Position numbers and translations under genes: made by a program
Assembly (NCBI GenBank): GCA_963765675.1
Contig: CAVXXK010000001.1
Span: 832,001-896,000 of the forward strand
Source: an uncultured delta proteobacterium
Lineage (GTDB): Bacteria; Desulfobacterota; Binatia; Binatales; Binataceae
Reading direction: 5' to 3'
DNA: 64,000 nucleotides
The notes under the pieces: generated by a model
Databases searched by the model: none
Told to the model about the DNA's origin: nothing
What the model saw: the letters and a program-made list of their open reading frames with translations, nothing else
Shown here: positions 57,843-64,000 of the stretch, piece by piece
Position numbering within the stretch: position 1 is the first letter of the stretch
Layout: each line of letters opens with the position of its first letter

Positions 57843-58913
57843 CTATCCCAAAAACCGCACCGCGATTATCACGTTCGACACCACGAACGCCGCCGGCACC
57901 AGGATCCGCGACCAGTCGCGCACCTTGAGTCCGAGATCGCGCCGCCGATCCGATCTGTGCGTCACGTGCACGATCATGATCTCCAGGAACGCCAGGAACA
58001 CGAACACGTAGCATTGCAAAAAGAACGCATCGATATACGTCAGGTAGGGCACCCGCGGCATGCTCGACGAGATCGCGAACGCAAACGCGATCACGGTCAG
58101 GATGGTGGTGACCGAAACCGCAATCTGCGAGTTCAGATCGTGCGGCTCGATCCAGAATACTCCCCACGATACGCACACCATCAGGACCAGCGGCACGAAC
58201 ACCTTCCAGATGTAATACGTCGAGCGCCGCGTCACCCGCATCCCGAAGCGGACCCCGTTGAGCACCCCCGAGGCCTCATGATGCGTATGCAAAACGGGCG
58301 GCAGAACCTGCAAATCCCACTGCGCCAGCGAACTGTAAGTATTGAACTCGCTCGCCGCCCAGACCTCGGCATGGCTCAGCGTGAATATGATCTGGTTGGC
58401 GTCGGGAAGGAACGGATGAATAAAAATTTCCAGGGTCTGAGTGTCGAACGGATAGCGCTTGAGCTCGAAACGTGCCGACAACTCCGCGTTGAAACGCTCG
58501 ACGTAGGTGACGTCGCCATTGGGCGCGACGCTGATCGACGTGTCGTGGCGCTCGCGCGGCGCGGTCGCATTGACGATCTCGAGCCGCGGATTCCAGATTT
58601 CCCCCGGTTTGTAACTGCGCACCAGGTCGTCAGGTCCCTTCGATACAAACGCGAGCCGCGGATCGTTCCAGCGCGTGAACAGATACCCGTCGATATCGAA
58701 GTGCTGCGCCGAATCGTCGATCTTCGACAGGTTGATCACGTGCAGGCTGACCGACACGGTCACCGGCTTGCCGCCGACGATCGGCGGCTCCGCGCTCGGG
58801 TCGTGGTCATACGGCGGCAGCGTGGATTCAGTGGCTGCCGCCGCAATCGGGATCGCCACCATCAGCATCGCGAGCATCACCATCACTGCCACACCCGCCC
58901 ATCGCCGCATCAC
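57843..58913 (-). CDS. prokaryotic pentameric ligand-gated ion channel (GLIC-like)
   Basis: Signal peptide; WNDPRLAF, IWNPRLEIVN, Pro-loop YPFDTQ, four TM helices, M2-M3 PRVPYLT. Confidence 0.9.
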   Translation of the reverse strand: MMRRWAGVAVMVMLAMLMVAIPIAAAATESTLPPYDHDPSAEPPIVGGKPVTVSVSLHVINLSKIDDSAQHFDIDGYLFTRWNDPRLAFVSKGPDDLVRSYKPGEIWNPRLEIVNATAPRERHDTSISVAPNGDVTYVERFNAELSARFELKRYPFDTQTLEIFIHPFLPDANQIIFTLSHAEVWAASEFNTYSSLAQWDLQVLPPVLHTHHEASGVLNGVRFGMRVTRRSTYYIWKVFVPLVLMVCVSWGVFWIEPHDLNSQIAVSVTTILTVIAFAFAISSSMPRVPYLTYIDAFFLQCYVFVFLAFLEIMIVHVTHRSDRRRDLGLKVRDWSRILVPAAFVVSNVIIAVRFLG

Positions 58914-58964
58914 GCCTGATCCTCCCCGCCGCTTTTCGGTCCCCCTGAGTCCTCTATATTCCTC

Positions 58965-60383
58965 TCAATCTTCTGGCCCGAGCATCTTGTTCACCTGCAC
59001 CAGCCGATCGAACTCTTCGCCCTTGAGAAACCCGAGCGCGACACACGCCTCGCGCAGCGTCGTGCCCTCGGCGTGCGCTTTCTTCGCCACCTTGGCCGCC
59101 TTGTCGTAGCCAATATGCGGGCTCAGCGCCGTCACCAGCATCAACGAGTTGCCGACGTTGCGCGCGAGCTGCTCGCGATTCGGCTCGATCCCCTCGACGC
59201 AGTATTTGCTGAACGAGACGCACGAGTTGGCCAGCAGGCTCGCCGAATGCATGAAGTTGTGGATGATGATCGGTTTGAAAACGTTGAGCTCGAAATTTCC
59301 CTGGGTGCCGGCCGCCGCGATCGCGGTGTCGTTGCCCAGCACCTGCAGGCACACCATCGTCATCGCCTCGCTCTGCGTCGGATTGACCTTGCCCGGCATG
59401 ATCGACGATCCCGGCTCATTCTCGGGCAACGACAATTCGCCCAGCCCGCAGCGCGGTCCCGAGCCCATCCATCGGATGTCGTTGGCGATCTTCATCAGCG
59501 AGCACGCAAGCGTCCGAAGCGCTCCGGAAGCCATCACCAGCGCGTCGTGCGCGGCCAGCGCGGCGAACTTGTTCGGCGCCGAGGTAAAAGGCAAGCCGGT
59601 ATAGCTCGAGATTTTCGCCGCAACTCGCCCGGCGAATTCGCGATACGTATTCAATCCGGTCCCGACTGCCGTGCCGCCGATCGCGAGCTCGTAGATATCG
59701 GGCAGCACCATCTCGATCCGTTTCAGATCGGCGTCGAGCTGCGCCACGTAGCCCGAGAACTCCTGCCCGAGCGTAAGCGGCACCGCATCCATCAGATGCG
59801 TCCGTCCGATCTTTACGATTGCTCCGAATTCCTTGGACTTCCGCGCGAGCGCGTCACGCAAAACCTTGACCGCGGGGATCAGCTGATGCACCAGCTCCTC
59901 GGCCGCCGCTATATGCATCGCGGTCGGGAACGTGTCGTTCGAGGATTGCGCCATGTTGACGTCGTCGTTGGGATGGATCGGCTTCTTGCTGCCGAGGACT
60001 CCGCCGGCCAGCTCGATCGCGCGGTTCGAGATGACTTCGTTGGCGTTCATGTTGGTCTGCGTACCGCTGCCGGTCTGCCAGATGCGCAGCGGAAAATGCT
60101 CGTCGAGCTTTCCCGCGATCACCTCGTCGGCGGCCGCGATCATCAGCCGCGCCTTTTCCTCGGGCAGCTTTTTCAGATCGCGATTAACCTCGGCCGCGGC
60201 TTTTTTCAAAAGCCCAAAGGCGCGAATCACTCCGCGCGGCATCCGGTCATTGCCGATCGCGAAATGCAGCAGCGAGCGTTCAGTCTGCGCGCCCCAGTAG
60301 CGATCGCTCTTGACCTCGATCGCGCCCATCGAATCCGTCTCGACCCGCACCGATCCGCCCGCCTTGTTATGCGTGGTGCTCAT
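58965..60383 (-). CDS. fumC: class II fumarate hydratase
   Basis: [37 protein letters not shown]. Confidence 0.97.
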   Translation of the reverse strand: MSTTHNKAGGSVRVETDSMGAIEVKSDRYWGAQTERSLLHFAIGNDRMPRGVIRAFGLLKKAAAEVNRDLKKLPEEKARLMIAAADEVIAGKLDEHFPLRIWQTGSGTQTNMNANEVISNRAIELAGGVLGSKKPIHPNDDVNMAQSSNDTFPTAMHIAAAEELVHQLIPAVKVLRDALARKSKEFGAIVKIGRTHLMDAVPLTLGQEFSGYVAQLDADLKRIEMVLPDIYELAIGGTAVGTGLNTYREFAGRVAAKISSYTGLPFTSAPNKFAALAAHDALVMASGALRTLACSLMKIANDIRWMGSGPRCGLGELSLPENEPGSSIMPGKVNPTQSEAMTMVCLQVLGNDTAIAAAGTQGNFELNVFKPIIIHNFMHSASLLANSCVSFSKYCVEGIEPNREQLARNVGNSLMLVTALSPHIGYDKAAKVAKKAHAEGTTLREACVALGFLKGEEFDRLVQVNKMLGPED

Positions 60384-60429
60384 CTCAATCTTCCTTTCCC
60401 AGGTATTTCCTTTCTGCGCCTGCCATGTC

Positions 60430-60618
60430 TGTCATTCCCGCACGCGTCAGGAATCCCCCTCTTATACCCTCTCCCTCCGGGAGAGGGCGGCGCGGCGCGA
60501 TGCTTGCGCTTTCTTCGCAAGCATCGTGACACGCGGGTGAGGGTGCTGCTCTGCCGTCCGCCGCGCCATTGCAATCCGGGATTCCTCGCGCGCGGCAGCC
60601 ACGCACGCGGGAATGACA
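60430..60618. repeat. GTCATTCCCG...CGGGAATGAC palindrome with a nested 77-bp CCCTC unit
   Basis: The inner unit 60467-60543 is nearly identical to 57627-57703. Confidence 0.8.
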
Positions 60619-60780
60619 CACCGGATGCCGAGCGCCCGGGTCTCGCCACTATGATCCATATGCTTCATGAACGATTGCTCCGCCGGCCGTTTGCAGACCT
60701 TTCTTGACAGCTCATGCCGATGTAGCTTATGGACCGTACGCTCCTCAACGGGAGAAGCAAGACAAGAGGATTGACGACCC

Positions 60781-61140
60781 ATGCCCTGGACCATCACACG
60801 GCTCTGCCGCGATTGCCTTGATACCGGATGCGTTAGCGTATGCCCGGTTGACTGCATCTATGAGTACGTCGGCGCCGACAAGGAGAAATTTCCCAACCAG
60901 CTATACATCAATCCCGACGAGTGTATCGACTGCGGCGCGTGCGAACCCGAATGCCCCTGGCAGGCAATTTTCGAGGAACCCGCCGTTCCAGAAGTCTTGA
61001 AGGACGACATCGATCTGAACCACGCGATGCTGGATATCATGGACCAGTTCAAGGTCAAGCTCTTCGTCCAGACCGAGCATCCGACCTCCGAGCAAGTCGC
61101 CGAAAACAAGAAAAAGTGGGGCGTCGACCCCAACTCCTGA
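60781..61140 (+). CDS. dicluster ferredoxin (FdxA-like)
   Basis: [18 protein letters not shown] and [12 protein letters not shown]. Confidence 0.92.
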   Translation: MPWTITRLCRDCLDTGCVSVCPVDCIYEYVGADKEKFPNQLYINPDECIDCGACEPECPWQAIFEEPAVPEVLKDDIDLNHAMLDIMDQFKVKLFVQTEHPTSEQVAENKKKWGVDPNS

Positions 61141-61153
61141 AGCACAGACCAAT

Positions 61154-61217
61154 CGGCCACTAAGGCACAAAGACACTAAGAAAAATTTCTTTTCGTGTCT
61201 TCGTGTCTTTGTGGCCG
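61154..61217. repeat. CACNAAGACAC-type palindromic repeat (copy 2)
   Basis: CGGCCACTAAGGCACAAAGACAC ... GTGTCTTCGTGTCTTTGTGGCCG between convergent genes. Confidence 0.75.
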
Positions 61218-61229
61218 CTTGGCTCTTTC

Positions 61230-62066
61230 TTACTCCATCGGCCATTCGCGCGTGTAGAACGCGACCATCTTCTCCTCGACTTGCGGCGGAAATTCCAGCC
61301 CGTAGCGCTCGAACGCCGCCCGTCCGAGCTTGCAGATCGTCCGGAAGATCTCGACGTGCACGTCGCGCATCGTGGCGCGATCGCCCGCGCGCATCGCGGC
61401 GCATATCTGATCGATAATCCGGCCGCACAACGCCTGCTCGTCGGGCGAGATCAGCTTTGCTCGAGTGAACATGTTGCGATGGAATGCGCGGCGGTCCTTC
61501 TCCAGCAGCATCAGCGGGATAATCGCCGTCTCAACCAGCAGGATCTCGTTGAACAGGAACGTATTGACTTGTCCGCGCGCGAGAATCCGGACCGGCCACG
61601 TCGCTCCTTGCAAAAATCCCAGGATATTGAAACGCAGCGCCCCCTTGATCGCGGCCTCACCGCGATCTTCTCCAATCTTGAGCTGCGAGTAGATTCGTTC
61701 CGGGCCCCAAAGCCGCTTCACCTTGATCCGCTGATGCCCCCCGATGACGCTCTCGCGCTCGAAAAACACGTCGAGCTTGACCGGCCCTTCGACCAAGCAT
61801 CCGACTCCGGTCAGCCCCGCTATATCGGTTGATACGAGGAGCGGCGCGAAGGTCCCGATTACCTTCATCCGATTCGCCCAGACCTCGTCCCACGCTTTGT
61901 CATCGACGCACAGGTAGAGATCGATATCGGAATACGAATCCGCCGATCCGTCGGCAAGGCTGCCTTCGAGCCATCCCGCTGGGAACCGCGAATCAGCGCT
62001 GAGAATTTCTCTTGCGCGAGCAATCAGCTCGCTGCGGCGAACCTCGAACGGCACCGTCTGGTTCAT
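61230..62066 (-). CDS. Pol-beta-fold nucleotidyltransferase (aminoglycoside/lincosamide NTase-like)
   Basis: GSLADGSADSYSDIDL (GS...DxD) plus a helical C-terminal domain. Confidence 0.7.
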   Translation of the reverse strand: MNQTVPFEVRRSELIARAREILSADSRFPAGWLEGSLADGSADSYSDIDLYLCVDDKAWDEVWANRMKVIGTFAPLLVSTDIAGLTGVGCLVEGPVKLDVFFERESVIGGHQRIKVKRLWGPERIYSQLKIGEDRGEAAIKGALRFNILGFLQGATWPVRILARGQVNTFLFNEILLVETAIIPLMLLEKDRRAFHRNMFTRAKLISPDEQALCGRIIDQICAAMRAGDRATMRDVHVEIFRTICKLGRAAFERYGLEFPPQVEEKMVAFYTREWPME

Positions 62067-62128
62067 GGCCTCAGAATGACTCGCGAGCCTTCTCGAGTCA
62101 CGTCACGCGCAAGCTTGGTTCCACCTAA

Positions 62129-62237
62129 CCGACACCGTGTCGGAAAGTTTTTGGAAATTTTGTGCCTAACACTTATTCAACATCTGTGATTTATTAATGT
62201 ATCGGAGGTTGGATGCCAGCTACCGACACGATGTCGG
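62129..62237. promoter_or_regulatory. pair of CCGACACnGTGTCGG palindromes upstream of the DUF1329 gene
   Basis: Copies at 62129-62143 and 62223-62237 (the second has one mismatch). Confidence 0.6.
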
Positions 62238-62468
62238 GAACCATCCGTGATGCGATCCCTTCTTCAGTCTCGATCGCACAAATCTCCTTGTGAAATCAGT
62301 AGAATTTTAAAATCTTCATTAGTTGTTCTTCTTGAGAAAACAATGTTATCGAATCTTATAAACGAGCTATATTGTGAAAGTTTGACAAATCACGTCAGTT
62401 TCTCTAATGGTGACCATCCGGGGAATACCGCGGCAATCACGCCGCCATTAATCTTTCGGAGGCGGTTC

Positions 62469-63782
62469 ATGCGAAAGCTTTGGAGAACGTCGTCATTGCG
62501 AGTGACGGTCGTCGCGGCTCTGTCGCTGTTCGCGTTCGGTGCCATGGGCATCACCGTTCACGCACAGGTCAAGCCTGGCGACTTCATCACGCCGGAAAGC
62601 TCGGCCAAGGTTAGGGACCTCGTTTCGCCGGGCGTCTACTATAAGGTCCAGCACGGGATGGAGATGAAGATCGTCCCGACCGAGCGGGTCGATTGGCCGC
62701 CGCCCTACAAGGACGCGACCGAAAAGTACTCGTCCCAGGTCCGGCTCACACAAGACCATCGCAGCCTGGTCGGTTTTGTCGCGGGCCAGCCCTTCCCGCT
62801 GATTGATTCAAACGATCCCGACGTCGCGGTCAAGGTTATCTGGAACAACGTGTTCCGCCCCATCACCAGCGACGATTACGATCTCCGCTTCTATGATTGC
62901 GACTCCAGTTACCAACGCCTGGGTCCGCAGCAGATGCAAATCGAGTATTTCCAGATCGGCCATTACGCCGGCTACGACCTGGTCGGCCGCACCGAAGTCG
63001 AGCCGCTGCCAATCGATCCGGACTTCAAGTCCACCGGTCGCTACTGGCTGTTCGGGCTCTATCCGCTCCTGGCGCCCGACGATATCCGCGGCACCGGCTT
63101 TATCCGCTGGCGTTACGCAGAACCAGGCCGCGGCGACGATATCTGGTCGCTCGACGCCGGCTCGCGGCGCGTACGCCGGGTCAATGAATCGATCATGAGC
63201 AGCTCGACCACCAGCGGTACTTCTGCCCACACTTGGGACCCCGATCACTACTCCGGCTTCAATCCCAAAACCGAAGAGTACGATTATAAGTACTTGGGCG
63301 AGAAAAACATGCTTGGATGCGCGCACGCCGCGCACTCGCCTGAAGTCCGTTGCCTCACCGACGGCGGCACCAGCGCCTGCCCCGAGAACTGGGAGATGCG
63401 CCATCTTTACGTCATTCAGGCCCTTCCGCGACGCAGCAAGATCAACGCACTCGATTCCAAGACGATCATCTATCTCGACAGCGAAATGTGGTTCGAGCCC
63501 TACATCGATACCTACGATCGAAGGGGTCAGTTGTTCCGCAGCCACATCTATTGGGTCGCGACGCGCGATCGTCCGGTCCCCGACGCCAAGGTCGCGATCT
63601 ATCCATTCAAGCGCTCGTTTGTCGTGGGCGCGGTGTCGACCGATGTGCAATCCGGACTGGCAACGATGTGTTATCTGCCGGGAATTGAAACGCCAGAGCG
63701 CGAATGCTGGTACATCAACATGGGCGCGGTGGACAAGACCTTTTTCACCACTGACGCGATGGTGCGCGCCGCGGCGTTCTGA
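62469..63782 (+). CDS. DUF1329-family periplasmic protein
   Basis: GGAGG RBS, signal peptide, ATEKYSSQV, AGQPFP, RRVRR, YKYLGEK, DTYDRRGQLFR. Confidence 0.85.
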   Translation: MRKLWRTSSLRVTVVAALSLFAFGAMGITVHAQVKPGDFITPESSAKVRDLVSPGVYYKVQHGMEMKIVPTERVDWPPPYKDATEKYSSQVRLTQDHRSLVGFVAGQPFPLIDSNDPDVAVKVIWNNVFRPITSDDYDLRFYDCDSSYQRLGPQQMQIEYFQIGHYAGYDLVGRTEVEPLPIDPDFKSTGRYWLFGLYPLLAPDDIRGTGFIRWRYAEPGRGDDIWSLDAGSRRVRRVNESIMSSSTTSGTSAHTWDPDHYSGFNPKTEEYDYKYLGEKNMLGCAHAAHSPEVRCLTDGGTSACPENWEMRHLYVIQALPRRSKINALDSKTIIYLDSEMWFEPYIDTYDRRGQLFRSHIYWVATRDRPVPDAKVAIYPFKRSFVVGAVSTDVQSGLATMCYLPGIETPERECWYINMGAVDKTFFTTDAMVRAAAF

Positions 63783-63835
63783 ACGCGCATAGGTTTTGCG
63801 AATCCGCTGCCGGTACGCCGGTAAGCAGAACAGAA

Positions 63836-63863
63836 GCGGGCCCTTCCATCTGGAAGGGCCTGC
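63836..63863 (+). terminator. hairpin downstream of the DUF1329 gene
   Basis: GCGGGCCCTTCCA / TGGAAGGGCCTGC stem; no T-tract. Confidence 0.45.
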
Positions 63864-63898
63864 GAGCCACGAACAGCGTCGGGAACCGGTTCCTGCTA

Positions 63899-63987
63899 CC
63901 GACACTGTGTCGGGAACGCTGCTTCATCTAGATATGCGGCCGGCTAATGCTGGACCAGCCCTGACCTGACTACCGACACCGTGTCGG
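63899..63987. promoter_or_regulatory. second pair of CCGACACnGTGTCGG palindromes
   Basis: Copies at 63899-63913 and 63973-63987, both flanked CTA...GAA. Confidence 0.6.
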
Positions 63988-64000
63988 GAAGCGCGCTCGA

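Noticed and set aside
62382-62410. TTGACA as the -35 box for the DUF1329 gene
   Set aside because: No good -10 hexamer at 16-18 bp spacing; the best match, TCTAAT, is at 15 bp.
63899-63987. 74-bp periodic repeats as a CRISPR array
   Set aside because: Only about 22 bp conserved, two copies per cluster, unequal spacing and no cas genes in the window.

Overview
GC-rich bacterial chromosomal segment. The gene repertoire (two DUF1329 paralogues, mauBA, LLM, epoxide-hydrolase and Rieske genes) suggests a Binatota-like or other deltaproteobacterial soil organism, but this is inference only. Core genes include ffs-dnaX-ybaB-recR, addB-addA, sodB, fumC, aguBA, and sir-cysH with a divergent Rrf2 regulator. 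The main hidden signal is selenocysteine biology. A tRNA-Sec (selC, 3479-3574) is present, and two separately called ORFs (40007-40465 and 39317-39997) are one ~371-aa thioredoxin-fold selenoprotein with a WASW-U-GC motif and a SECIS-like hairpin just after the UGA. It lies in a same-strand run addB, addA, selenoprotein, GGCT-like protein, PTPS-III, headless sigma54 activator, receiver protein. The first ~3.5 kb looks like the end of an island abutting the 5' end of selC (IHF box, degenerate excisionase, KinB/AlgB-like pair). Other accessory features are a NotI-family restriction-modification pair next to ffs, a ParDE toxin-antitoxin pair, a GLIC-like pentameric ligand-gated ion channel inside nested REP/MITE-like palindromes, and a four-copy palindromic motif CCGACACnGTGTCGG around a DUF1329 gene. 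Several genes in 3.6-17 kb carry single-base frameshifts that look like sequencing indels. All calls come from reading the sequence and recognising motifs; no searches were run.
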